A stretch of 64,000 bases of DNA. It comes from Rikenellaceae bacterium. GTDB taxonomy: Bacteria > Bacteroidota > Bacteroidia > Bacteroidales > Rikenellaceae. Below, piece after piece: positions 31,736-41,166 of the stretch (within the stretch, counting starts at the first letter, position 1; each line of letters begins with the position of its first letter). The stretch spans positions 4,022-68,021 of the forward strand of contig CAWUYY010000011.1 of assembly GCA_963926835.1 (NCBI GenBank). Reading direction: 5' to 3'. The translations under genes and the position numbers were made by a program. The notes under the pieces are model-generated. The model had not been told where the DNA came from. It was given only the letters and a program-made list of their open reading frames with translations, and searched no databases.

Positions 31736-32713
31736 TTAGTGCAATATGATATTGACTATGCAGCCGCCGTAGAGCACCGCGTACAGCAGGGATCCGACCG
31801 TCGGCTGGATGCGGACGAAGGTTTGGGGCATGAGCAGGGCGGCGGGCAGGGCGACGATGGCCAGCAGGCCGGGGGTGGCGCAGGGGGCGGCTGCCAGGGC
31901 GGCCGTGGCTGCGAAGAGGAGGATGGTGTAGGTGAGAATTCCCTTGACGCGCAGGCTTTGCGAGCGGAAGCAGGCCAGGGAGAAGAAGATGCCGCAGAGG
32001 GTGATGAAGAGGACGATGCCCAGCGTGGCGGGTGAGAGCAGCGGGGTGTTCTCGAAGAGACGGTAGCCGCTGTCGGTGAGGAATGCCTCCCACAGCCGTA
32101 CGAACGTGTCGCCGAATCCGCCGCCCAGTCCCCAGACGATGTAGGCGGTTGTCAACAGGGGGAGCATGGCGCCGCAGAGGGCCACGAAGGCCTCGCGCAG
32201 GGTGCGGCGGAAGCAGAAGGCGGCCGGCAGGAAGAGCGCGGGGAGCACGAGGGCCGGGGCGTAGAGCAGTGGCAGCATGCCGAGCAGGAGCGAGCCGCGA
32301 AAGGCGTGGCCGATGGCATAGCCGGTGCGGTATCCGGCGAAGTAGTTGCGGGTCGATTGCAGCAGCAGGAAGGCGGCGGTGATGTCGGCCAGGTAGTTGC
32401 CGCCGAGCAGGATGCCGCAGGAGACCAGCCCGTAGAGCGGGATGGCAAGGCTGGTGTTGACCGGATAGAGTGCGTAGCGGATCGCGAGACGTCCCGTGCT
32501 GATGCCCGCCACGAAGAGCATCGCGGCGGCGATCAGTTTGGCCCAGAGGGGGTAGCTGTCCTGAAACTGGCGGAGCAGGGAGCCCAGCGGGGTGCCGATC
32601 TCGCGCCCCACACCCTCGGTCGGCATTTTGCCCCAGAGGAAGGCCACCGTGATGATGACAAGCAGCGAGAAGACCCCCAGCAGCAGGGGCTGGCGAACGA
32701 TATCCGGTCTCAT
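31736..32713 (-). CDS. multi-pass membrane protein, unknown function
   Basis: Many hydrophobic segments from MRPDIVRQ; the longer ORF extension overlaps rnhB and is spurious. Confidence 0.7.
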   Translation of the reverse strand: MRPDIVRQPLLLGVFSLLVIITVAFLWGKMPTEGVGREIGTPLGSLLRQFQDSYPLWAKLIAAAMLFVAGISTGRLAIRYALYPVNTSLAIPLYGLVSCGILLGGNYLADITAAFLLLQSTRNYFAGYRTGYAIGHAFRGSLLLGMLPLLYAPALVLPALFLPAAFCFRRTLREAFVALCGAMLPLLTTAYIVWGLGGGFGDTFVRLWEAFLTDSGYRLFENTPLLSPATLGIVLFITLCGIFFSLACFRSQSLRVKGILTYTILLFAATAALAAAPCATPGLLAIVALPAALLMPQTFVRIQPTVGSLLYAVLYGGCIVNIILH

Positions 32714-32797
32714 TTCGGTTTTTTGTGTTGAGTGTCGATACAAAAGTAGGAAAAAAGCGAACGGTCCCCGTAAAATATTGCCTATTTTTGTTGTGCG

Positions 32798-33394
32798 ATG
32801 TTGGAGAACTGCGTGCAATACGACCGGCTGGAGGCCGGGTGTGACGAGGCGGGGCGCGGATGCCTGGCCGGTCCCGTCTTTGCGGCGGCCGTGATCCTGC
32901 CGCCCGACTTCCACCACCCCCTGCTCAACGACTCGAAACAGATGACCGCCCGCCAGCGCGACCTGCTGCGCGGCATCATCGAGCGCGAGGCCCTCGCCTG
33001 GGCCGTGGCCTCCGTTTCGGCCGAACGGATCGACCGGATCAACATCCTGAACGCCTCGTTCGAGGGGATGAACCTCGCCGTAGGGCAGCTGGCCCTGCGC
33101 CCGGAGTTTCTGGCCATCGACGGCAACCGCTTCCGCACGGAGCTCGATATCCCCTACCGCTGCATCGTCAAGGGGGACGGCCGCTACGCCGACATTGCGG
33201 CGGCCTCGGTGCTGGCCAAGACCCACCGCGACGAGTACATGCTCCGTCTGGCGGCCGAGTACCCCGAATACGGTTGGGATCGCAACAAGGGATACCCCAC
33301 CCGCGAACACCGGCTGGCGATCCTCCGCCACGGCCTGTCGCCCCACCACCGCCTCACCTTCAATGCCGGGATCGACCAGCTCTCGCTCTTCTGA
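32798..33394 (+). CDS. rnhB: ribonuclease HII
   Basis: [24 protein letters not shown]. Confidence 0.96.
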   Translation: MLENCVQYDRLEAGCDEAGRGCLAGPVFAAAVILPPDFHHPLLNDSKQMTARQRDLLRGIIEREALAWAVASVSAERIDRINILNASFEGMNLAVGQLALRPEFLAIDGNRFRTELDIPYRCIVKGDGRYADIAAASVLAKTHRDEYMLRLAAEYPEYGWDRNKGYPTREHRLAILRHGLSPHHRLTFNAGIDQLSLF

Positions 33395-33511
33395 CCCGTC
33401 GCTGCGGGGGCGCTGCGCGCAACCGGTAGCGCCCGAAATGGCGTCGGAACGTACAGATAAAAAAAGTCCGCTGAAAAGCGGGCCTCTTTTTCGATTCGGC
33501 AGGCGTCTCTG

Positions 33512-34114
33512 CTACCGGTATTTGTTGCTGATCAGGGTCATGAACTCCTGGCGCGTCGGCGCATGCGAGAGGAAGACGCCGGTGAAGGCCGAGGTGGTCG
33601 TCGCCGAGCTCTGCTTCTCGACGCCGCGCATCTGCATGCACATGTGGCTGGCCTCGATCACAACGGCCACCCCCATCGGGTTGAGGGCCTCCTGGATGCA
33701 GTCGCGGATCTGCACGGTCAGACGCTCCTGAACCTGCAGACGGCGGGCAAAACTCTCCACCACGCGGGCGATCTTCGAGAGCCCCGTGATGTAGCCGTTG
33801 GGGATGTAGGCCACGTGCGCCTTTCCGTAGAAGGGCAGCATGTGGTGTTCGCACATCGAGTAGAGTTCGATATCCTTGACCAGCACCATCTGGCGGTACT
33901 CCTCCTTGAAGGTGGCCGAGCGGATGATCTCCATCGGATCGTCCTCGTAGCCGTGGGTCAGGAACGACATCGCCTTGGCCACCCTCTCGGGGGTCTTCAG
34001 CAGCCCTTCGCGCGAGGGGTCTTCGCCCAGCAGTTCGAGAATCGCCTTGTAGTGCTCGCTCAGCTGAGCGATCTTCTCGGGCGAGAATCTTTCTTCTTTT
34101 TGGTAGCGTCTCAT
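33512..34114 (-). CDS. folE: GTP cyclohydrolase I
   Basis: [36 protein letters not shown]. Confidence 0.96.
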   Translation of the reverse strand: MRRYQKEERFSPEKIAQLSEHYKAILELLGEDPSREGLLKTPERVAKAMSFLTHGYEDDPMEIIRSATFKEEYRQMVLVKDIELYSMCEHHMLPFYGKAHVAYIPNGYITGLSKIARVVESFARRLQVQERLTVQIRDCIQEALNPMGVAVVIEASHMCMQMRGVEKQSSATTTSAFTGVFLSHAPTRQEFMTLISNKYR

Positions 34115-34150
34115 GAATTCTCCGTTAAAAAAAACCGCCGCAAAGGTAGA

Positions 34151-34732
34151 TCATTTGGTTCGGTTATGCAAGAAATCAGCCAATTTCCGCACGGCGCGTC
34201 CCCGGTGCGAGAGGGCGTTTTTCTCCTCGGGGCTCATCTCGGCGTAGGTCTTCGTGCTCCCCTCGGGGATGAAGAGCGGATCGTAGCCGAACCCCTCGGT
34301 GCCGGAGGGGCATTGGGCGATGTGCCCCTCGACGATCCCCTCGAAGAGGTGCTCCTCCCCGTCGAGGATGAGCGAGATGACCGTGCGGAAGCGCGCGCGG
34401 CGGTTCCCCACCCCGTTCAGGTTACGCAGCAGCAGCTGGTTGTTCGCCTCGAAGTCGTGCCCGTTAGAGGCGTAGCGGGCCGAGTGGACCCCCGGAGCCC
34501 CGCCGAGGGCCTCGACCTCGAGCCCCGTGTCGTCGGCGAAGCAGTCGCTGCCGGTGCGGTCGTGGATATAGTGTGCCTTTTGCGAGGCGTTGCCTTCGAT
34601 GGTGGCCTGCTCCTCGGGAATCTCCTCGGTGATCCCCACGGAGCGGGGTGTCACCAGTTCGAACTCCGGGCCCAGAATGGCCTGTACTTCGCTCAGTTTG
34701 TGGGCGTTGTTGGTGGCAAAGATGATTTTCAT
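34151..34732 (-). CDS. rdgB: dITP/XTP pyrophosphatase
   Basis: ATNNAHK, ADDTGL, GFGYDP, SHRG. Confidence 0.95.
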   Translation of the reverse strand: MKIIFATNNAHKLSEVQAILGPEFELVTPRSVGITEEIPEEQATIEGNASQKAHYIHDRTGSDCFADDTGLEVEALGGAPGVHSARYASNGHDFEANNQLLLRNLNGVGNRRARFRTVISLILDGEEHLFEGIVEGHIAQCPSGTEGFGYDPLFIPEGSTKTYAEMSPEEKNALSHRGRAVRKLADFLHNRTK

Positions 34733-34744
34733 GGCTGTATTCGG

Positions 34745-35587
34745 TTAGTTCCGGGGCGTCTCGAGCTGTTCGAGGCGGTAGTCGGTTGCAATTTTGTCGA
34801 TGATCGTCTTGACGAGGATGTCCATCTCGGAGCCCTCCGTGTAGTCGGCCGGGCAGACGTGGTTCACGCGGTTGTCGCGCAGCAGTTCGTTCATCTCGCG
34901 GCGGGCGTTACGCTCGGCGGGGTTGTAGACGGCGATCGAGTGGCCGCCGAAGTTCTTGACCAGCCGCATGCAGGGGATGTCGGTCGTCCCGTCGCCGACG
35001 TAGATGATGCGGCGGAACGGAACGGGGCGTTTGCTCTCCTCGATGTATTTGTTCACCAGCTTGCTGTCGTAGACCGACTCGACCCCCTTGTTGATCTTGA
35101 ACATGAACTGGGTCTTGTTCGTGTAGTTGACCGCCACGGCGGGCCAGTAGGCGATGCCGTCCACGTCGTAGAGGAACGAGCAGGCGTAGATCTTGCGGAA
35201 CTCGTGGGCGATCTCGGTCCCCTCGATGATCTCCTTCAACCCCGAGGAGTTGATGTAGTGGAGCACGCGCACCCCGCGTGAGGCGGCATAGGCGTTGATG
35301 CGTCCGAACCACTCCTTCACCCCGTTGAAGAGGGTGATGTGTCGTCCCGACTCCTGGAAGGCCTCGCGGCGCAGGGAGAGCCCCTTCGAGCGGGCCGCCT
35401 GGATCATGCGGGCCATGTAGGCCAGGATCATGTCGGCATCCTGCTCCTGGGCCAGTTCGTTGGATTCGCTCCAAAACTCCTTGTTGCTCTTCCCGACGGC
35501 CGGGATGAAGTCATACTCCTGCATGTTGCCGGGAGCCAGTGTGCCGTCGAAGTCGTATACGAGTGCTGCGGTCGGTTGTTGGTTCAT
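34745..35587 (-). CDS. HAD-superfamily hydrolase
   Basis: YDFDGTL, YVGDGTTD. Confidence 0.85.
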   Translation of the reverse strand: MNQQPTAALVYDFDGTLAPGNMQEYDFIPAVGKSNKEFWSESNELAQEQDADMILAYMARMIQAARSKGLSLRREAFQESGRHITLFNGVKEWFGRINAYAASRGVRVLHYINSSGLKEIIEGTEIAHEFRKIYACSFLYDVDGIAYWPAVAVNYTNKTQFMFKINKGVESVYDSKLVNKYIEESKRPVPFRRIIYVGDGTTDIPCMRLVKNFGGHSIAVYNPAERNARREMNELLRDNRVNHVCPADYTEGSEMDILVKTIIDKIATDYRLEQLETPRN

Positions 35588-35747
35588 GAGTTGTGCTGTG
35601 ATTGGTTGTGCGGGGGCGGCCCCGTGCGGGTGCCCGCCTGCCGTTTCCTACAAATGTAAGAAAAAACCCCGTTCGTTGCCGTGGCGGGGTGTAAATAAAA
35701 AAAGAGCCGAGCGGGTTTGAGGGCCCTCAGGCACCGCCCGATCGGTT

Positions 35748-36311
35748 CTATTTCTTGTTGAAGAGGTTCATCGTGCGCTCGGGGCCGATGGCGACGAACG
35801 AGAGGATCGCATCGTCGAAATATTTGAGCCGTTCGGCCATTTCACGCTCCTCCTCGTCGGTCCACTGCCCCAGCACGTAGTCCACCTGATGGCCGCGCGG
35901 GAAGTTGCCTCCGATGCCGAAGCGGATGCGGGTGTACTCCTCGCTGCCGAGGCATTCGGTGATGTTTTTCAGCCCGTTGTGCCCTCCGGCGCTCCCCTTG
36001 GTGCGCATGCGGAAGGTGCCGAACGGGAGGGCGATGTCGTCGACCACCACCAGCAGGTTCTCCCGCGGGATCTTCTCCTGGTCGAGCCAGTAGCGGACCG
36101 CCTTGCCCGAGAGGTTCATGTAGGTCGAGGGCTTGAGCAGGATGAGGGTGCGCCCCTTGTAGCGCAGCTCGGCCACATCGCCGTAACGGCCGGTGGTAAA
36201 AGAGATGTTGGATGCCTCGGCTAAGGCATCCAACACTTTGAATCCAATGTTGTGCCGGGTCTCGGCATATTCGGCGCCGATATTTCCCAGGCCAACGATC
36301 AGGTATTTCAT
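35748..36311 (-). CDS. pth: peptidyl-tRNA hydrolase
   Basis: LIVGLGN, TRHNIGF, YMNLSG, GGHNG. Confidence 0.96.
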   Translation of the reverse strand: MKYLIVGLGNIGAEYAETRHNIGFKVLDALAEASNISFTTGRYGDVAELRYKGRTLILLKPSTYMNLSGKAVRYWLDQEKIPRENLLVVVDDIALPFGTFRMRTKGSAGGHNGLKNITECLGSEEYTRIRFGIGGNFPRGHQVDYVLGQWTDEEEREMAERLKYFDDAILSFVAIGPERTMNLFNKK

Positions 36312-36330
36312 CGAAACGATCGGTTAGAGA

Positions 36331-36900
36331 CTATTTTGCGTCGGCGGCACCACGCGAAGCACGGGTTACGCGAACGGCGCAGACAGCCGTCGTAGCCGGG
36401 GTGATGAACTTCAGGCCGTCGAACTTCAGGTCGCCCACGAAGATCGTCTTGCCAACGCCCAGCGGGGTTACGTCGATCTCCAGCTCGTCGGGCAGTTTGT
36501 CGAGCATGCCGCTGACGATCAGCTTGCGGGTAGCCAGCTGCAGCTTACCGCCGACCTTCACACCCTCGGCGTTACCGGTCAGGCGAACCGGGATGGCGAT
36601 TACGACGGGTTTGTCGTTCTGTACGCGGTAGAAGTCCATGTGGAGGATCTCCTCACGTACGGGGTGGAACTGGGTCTCGCGCAGTACGACCGGCTCGGTC
36701 TTGCCGTCGATGTTCAGCTCGACGATGTACGAGTTGGGGGTGTAAACGAGCGGTTTTACGGCTCTCGGGTCTACCGAAAATGCAACCGTCTCACCACCGC
36801 CGTAGAGAACGCAGGGGATCATACCTTCGCGACGAATCGCCTTTGCCGCCTTCTTGCCGAACTGGTCGCGCTTTACGGCGTTGATCTGGATAGTTTTCAT
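36331..36900 (-). CDS. rplY: 50S ribosomal protein L25/Ctc
   Basis: RREGMIPCVLYG, QFHPV..ILHMDF, GVKVGGKL. Confidence 0.95.
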   Translation of the reverse strand: MKTIQINAVKRDQFGKKAAKAIRREGMIPCVLYGGGETVAFSVDPRAVKPLVYTPNSYIVELNIDGKTEPVVLRETQFHPVREEILHMDFYRVQNDKPVVIAIPVRLTGNAEGVKVGGKLQLATRKLIVSGMLDKLPDELEIDVTPLGVGKTIFVGDLKFDGLKFITPATTAVCAVRVTRASRGAADAK

Positions 36901-37051
36901 AGTGTTTTGAAATTTAATGTGTTACCTTGGGCACTACTCAGTCTGCACCCCAATCGTGCAGACCCCATGTATGCTTGCGGGGGCAAAGGTAACGATTTCT
37001 TTCCAAAAAACAAATATCCAGGCTGTTTGGCGGTTGTCTCCCTCTGGAAAA

Positions 37052-37526
37052 TTATCGACGGAGGACAAATCCCCCGGCGATCTGCACCCTGTGGAGGATG
37101 TTCTGCCGGGGATCGTATTCGGGGTAGTCGGCCGTGTGGCGGTCCAGGTGGGTCGAGAGGGCCTCCCGCAGCGACGCAAAACGGGCCTGCAGCGAGCGTC
37201 GGGCGGCGAGCAGCTCTTCGCGGTCGGGGGGCTGGCCGGTGGAGGTGCGCGGGGCGATCGTTCCCCCCGGCACCGGCCCGGATGTCGAGTGCGGGCTGGA
37301 GCAGCAGCCGGACGGCCAGGGCGGCGGCCGGTGCGGCGTAGTCGCTGCGCAGATCCGGATACTCTCCGTCAATCATCTTTTGCCAGAGCGCCTCGCCCGT
37401 GACGGGGATCAGGTAGCGGGCTTCGGCGGCGGCGATGTCGGCCGGGGTGATCGTCTCGGCGGGAAGATACCCTCCGTCGCGGAAGGCGAGGTCGACGGCC
37501 TCTTGTGGGGTAAGGAGTTGAGCCAT
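37052..37526 (-). pseudogene. putative phage head-tail adaptor, frameshifted in G6 tract
   Basis: N-half MAQLLTPQEA...IRAGAGG continues in another frame as TIAPRT...YPEYDPRQNILHRVQIAGGFVLRR; removing one G at 37263-37268 gives 157 aa. Function inferred from size and position after the portal gene. Confidence 0.55.
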
Positions 37527-37529
37527 GGC

Positions 37530-38753
37530 TTATTCGTAGTTTGAGGTGGTTGAATCGGAGAGCTGGGCCAGGAAGCACTGCTGCCGCTCGTCGAGCGGGT
37601 CGTAGTCCAGACCGTCGGCCTTGCGGGCCTCCCAGACCTTCATGTAGGCCGGTTTGGTGCGGGTGGGGGGACAGTTGACGATCGAGAGCGACGAGGCGTC
37701 GATCTCGAGCAGGCGGCGGATCACCTCGCGGATCGGCTCGAGCAGTTCGGTCTGCTTGCCGAGGATCACCGTGTTGAGGGCGATTTCGTATTCGTACAGG
37801 ATGCGCTCGGCACTGAAGCCCGAGGTGTATTCGAGTCCGCTCAGGGTGCGGAACCACGAGTGGGCGATCACGATGTCCGAGGTGGCCTGCTCGTGGAGCG
37901 ACTTCCAGTCCCCCTCGTTCTGCGAGGAGATCGGGATGAAGCGCGAGTGGTCCTGCTCGGCCCCGTCGCGCAGCACGAACATTACCTGTCCGGGGTTGCC
38001 GGCGAACTTCTCCTCGGCCGTGCGCATGATCCGCTCGGCCTGCACCTCGTCCTCGGCCGTGCTGTCGAGCATCAGAACCCCCGAGAGCTGGAACGAGTTA
38101 TCGAGCCGCGAGATGTTCCACCGGTCGGTTTTGTAGGCGATGGCCGAGACGTTCATGCCGGCGATGTAGGTCGGCACGCCGTAGTGTTCGAACATCGGTT
38201 CGTAGTCCTTGTAGTGGATCATGGCGCGCAGGGTGCCGTCCGGCTGCTCCTCGAAGAGGGGGTAGAGCGGCAGCGAGCGGGCCTCGTCGGTGCGGAAGCG
38301 GGCCCAGTCGTGGTGCAGCAGCACGTGGCGGGAGTCCTTGGCGATGCGGCAGCGGGAGGCATCCTGGTGGTAGAGGGCCAGAAACGAGTGCTGCGCGTCG
38401 GTCACGATCTCGAGGAAGGCGTTGCCGAAGAGCGACTTGTCGAAGGCGAGCTTGTTGATCACCTGCCGCAGCGATTCGTCCGATCCGTTGACCCGCTCGA
38501 CGAAGGTGCCCAGCAGCGGAACCTCGGGGTCGAAGACGAAGCCGCGTCCGGAGATGTAGTCGGCCTTGTCATTGATGATGCGGCGGTGGATGGTCGAGCG
38601 GCGCGACATGAGGGCCAGCGCGACCGGGAAGAGGTTGTCGTCGCCCCATCGCCAGAACTGGTCGCTTTCGACCCGTCCGGGCTTGATGGCCAGGAAGGGA
38701 TCTTCGCGGTGGATGGCCCTCACGAGGGTCGTTTTCTGTGGTTTGTTTTTCAT
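37530..38753 (-). CDS. phage portal-like protein
   Basis: 407 aa; WGDDNLFP, DKSLFGNAFLEIV, YGVPTY and IVIAH motifs resemble Bacteroidota phage portals. Confidence 0.75.
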   Translation of the reverse strand: MKNKPQKTTLVRAIHREDPFLAIKPGRVESDQFWRWGDDNLFPVALALMSRRSTIHRRIINDKADYISGRGFVFDPEVPLLGTFVERVNGSDESLRQVINKLAFDKSLFGNAFLEIVTDAQHSFLALYHQDASRCRIAKDSRHVLLHHDWARFRTDEARSLPLYPLFEEQPDGTLRAMIHYKDYEPMFEHYGVPTYIAGMNVSAIAYKTDRWNISRLDNSFQLSGVLMLDSTAEDEVQAERIMRTAEEKFAGNPGQVMFVLRDGAEQDHSRFIPISSQNEGDWKSLHEQATSDIVIAHSWFRTLSGLEYTSGFSAERILYEYEIALNTVILGKQTELLEPIREVIRRLLEIDASSLSIVNCPPTRTKPAYMKVWEARKADGLDYDPLDERQQCFLAQLSDSTTSNYE

Positions 38754-38818
38754 GATTTCTGTTTTGTGAAGGAACGTTGGAGGGTCTGTCGGAGTCGGGG
38801 CAATGTGCCTGTTGCAGG

Positions 38819-38844
38819 GCGGGGGCCGGTTATCCGGCCCCCGC
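38819..38844. other. 11-bp GC hairpin without U-tract between tail-tube-like and portal genes
   Basis: gcgggggccgg-ttat-ccggcccccgc. Confidence 0.6.
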
Positions 38845-38850
38845 TGCTGT

Positions 38851-39354
38851 TCAGGCCTCTTCGACCGGGAGCGCCGGCGAGGTGTCTTCGCTGGTGAAGG
38901 TCAGCTGCAGCTGCGGCCTTGCCAGGGGCTTGTCGCCCGTGTCGAGACTTTGCCCCTGCAGCCGGAGCGGCTGCTCCGCTCCGAATCGTTCGGACCAGCC
39001 GGCCAGCAGCGTCGTGCCGCCGGCGGTTTCGATCCGCGCCGCCACCCCTTCGTCCGCCAGACGGGCCAGTTGCCGCGCGCCGGTTTGGCTGCGGAGCTCT
39101 TCGGGGTCGCAGACGAGCTGGAGGGTGTGGCGGATGCGGGGGACTCCGTTCTCGCAGAGGGTCTCCTCCCGGTAGGAGGAGCGATCCTCCAGAATGGGCC
39201 ACTCGATGCTCTGCCCGCCGGTGCGGAGGGTGATGCCGGTGCAGCATCCCCGGACAATCTGGACCGATTCGAGGTCGCCGATCGGAATCAGCCGTACGGC
39301 TTCGATGCCTCCGACCGGCTTGACGGCCCATGCGTTGTTTTCGGAGGGCTCCAT
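38851..39354 (-). CDS. putative phage major tail/tube-like protein
   Basis: 167 aa from MEPSENN..KPVGGIEAVRL; beta-rich, ends LTFTS; directly follows the capsid-like gene. Confidence 0.5.
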   Translation of the reverse strand: MEPSENNAWAVKPVGGIEAVRLIPIGDLESVQIVRGCCTGITLRTGGQSIEWPILEDRSSYREETLCENGVPRIRHTLQLVCDPEELRSQTGARQLARLADEGVAARIETAGGTTLLAGWSERFGAEQPLRLQGQSLDTGDKPLARPQLQLTFTSEDTSPALPVEEA

Positions 39355-39356
39355 GG

Positions 39357-40355
39357 CTATGCGAGCGTTTCCGAACGAACGGCCATCGAGATCAGTGCCT
39401 CGTCGAGAATCTCGCATCCGGCCATGAAGACGGCGCGCTGACGGTTCTCCATCTGGTCGGGGTTGTACCACATGCGGACTTCGTTGCCGGGGAAGTCGGC
39501 CGTGTTGACGGCCAGCGCCAGGTTGCGACGGTCGGTCAGGATGCAGAACGACTGCGGAATGACCTTCGATCCGTACATCGAGGAGAGGTAGTAGTAGAGG
39601 TTGGGGTCGATGACCGGGATGCCGTGATACGAGAGGGTCTGGCGTCCGTTCATGTAATCCTGGTAGGCCCCTTCGGTTCCCAGACTGTCGAGGTGCTGTT
39701 CGTAGGCCTGATAGATGTCGGCCGAGACGAAATAGACCAGTTGCCCCTCGGCTTTCAGGCTTTTCAGACGCTCGTTCGACTCGACCCACAGCTCGTTGAA
39801 TATGTCGACGGATTTTGCGTGGGCGCTTATGTCGTCCTGTGAATACTGGGTGAGGTATCCGTCGCTTTTTGCATAGGCCAGTGCGAGCTTCAGGAAACCG
39901 TCGAAGGTGTTGTAGCCCGAGTCGGCATCGGTGTCGCCGATCCACATGGTGGCGCGGATCGCCTCGGCGATGGCACGTCGGAAGAGGGTCGTTTCGGCCT
40001 CCTCGAGTTCGGTGCCGCTCAGATCCTCCATGTTCACGTCGGCACGGTTGGTGATCAGCTCGTAGACCAGCGAGAAGTAGTCGGCGGCCGAATAGCCCAT
40101 CTCGGCCTTGACGCGGTGCAGTTCAATGGTCTTCTGCAGCTTCTTGGAGACCGATTCGCCGCTCCAGCCGGGGGTGGTGAATTTCTGCAGGATGTTCTCC
40201 TTGGGCTCCCACATCTGCACCGTCGTCGGGACGGGCATGTTGTAGAGAACCCTGACGCCCAGATCGGCGGCCGAGGGGCCGCTCAGCATCGGGCGGAAAA
40301 AGATCGTTTCGAGGCTTTTGCCGGTGTAGGTTTTGGCATTTTCCAGTGCGCTCAT
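39357..40355 (-). CDS. putative major capsid protein (HK97-fold-like)
   Basis: 332 aa downstream of the head protease; WIGDT...FDGFLK, LSYHGIPVI and C-terminal beta strands; AT-rich translation start. Confidence 0.65.
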   Translation of the reverse strand: MSALENAKTYTGKSLETIFFRPMLSGPSAADLGVRVLYNMPVPTTVQMWEPKENILQKFTTPGWSGESVSKKLQKTIELHRVKAEMGYSAADYFSLVYELITNRADVNMEDLSGTELEEAETTLFRRAIAEAIRATMWIGDTDADSGYNTFDGFLKLALAYAKSDGYLTQYSQDDISAHAKSVDIFNELWVESNERLKSLKAEGQLVYFVSADIYQAYEQHLDSLGTEGAYQDYMNGRQTLSYHGIPVIDPNLYYYLSSMYGSKVIPQSFCILTDRRNLALAVNTADFPGNEVRMWYNPDQMENRQRAVFMAGCEILDEALISMAVRSETLA

Positions 40356-40447
40356 AATAATAAGATGTAAGGTTGAGGTTGTTTGAAAGGACCGCCGCGA
40401 CGGGTCCGCCTCCGGCGCCGGGCCGGTTCACGGACCCCGGGCGGCAG

Positions 40448-41127
40448 TTAGCGGATGAATTGTTTGATATCTTCGGCGTAGGCCCGCTCGTTGGGCGAGA
40501 GGACGGGGTCACCCAGCGAGGGGTCCTCGCACGGGAGTGTCCGTGTCGGTGCGGTGAGGCGGTCGGCCAGACCGGCTGCGATCGCCTCCTCGGCCGAGAG
40601 CCAGCGTCCGTTGCCGTTGTTGGCGGCCATCAGCTCCGAGAACTCCTCCTTCGGGCGTCCCGAGCGGAGGGCGTAGAGCTCGGCCAGCCGGTCGTCGGTC
40701 TTGGTGAGCAGGTCGACGCGCGAGGAGAGTTCGCGGGCGTTCCCCTCGGCCGAGCAGATCGAGTCGTGGATCAGATAGAGGGCGTGGGCCGAGATCTCGC
40801 GCCCCCTTCCGAAGCGGCCTGGGCGATGACCGTGGCGGCCGAGGCCGTGTAGCCGTAGCAGCGGGTCACGATGCGGCTTTCGAGCGACGAGAGGGCCTCG
40901 TAGATCAGCAGCGCGTCGTTGACGTCGCCGCCCGTCGAGCGGATGTTGACGACGATTCGGTCGGCGTGGATCTCCCGCAGACGGAGCAGGCTCTCCTTGA
41001 ACTTTTCGTAGGTGGCCACGCGCGACGAGGGGTCGTCGAACTGCCACTCCTCCGGGACGCCGATCGTCCCTTCGATGTCGACGTAGCAGGTCCCCTCGCG
41101 GTTGGAGATGAGAATGTTGGATTCCAT
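40448..41127 (-). pseudogene. Clp-type (S14) prohead protease, frameshifted in G5 tract
   Basis: IRSTGGDV and GYTASAAT in one frame; LYLIH...WLSAEEAIAAGLAD in another; adding one G at 40802-40806 gives 226 aa. Confidence 0.8.
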
Positions 41128-41166
41128 GAGACAGAGTGTGTTTTCTTGGGTTGTTGTGAACGGTTG

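Noticed and set aside
36897-37526. 209-aa ORF as an intact gene
   Set aside because: The C-half is out-of-frame read-through across the rplY promoter after the G-tract shift
39357-40355. Encapsulin
   Set aside because: Neighbouring portal, protease and tail-like genes and no cargo enzyme favour a virion-derived capsid; not fully excluded without a structure search
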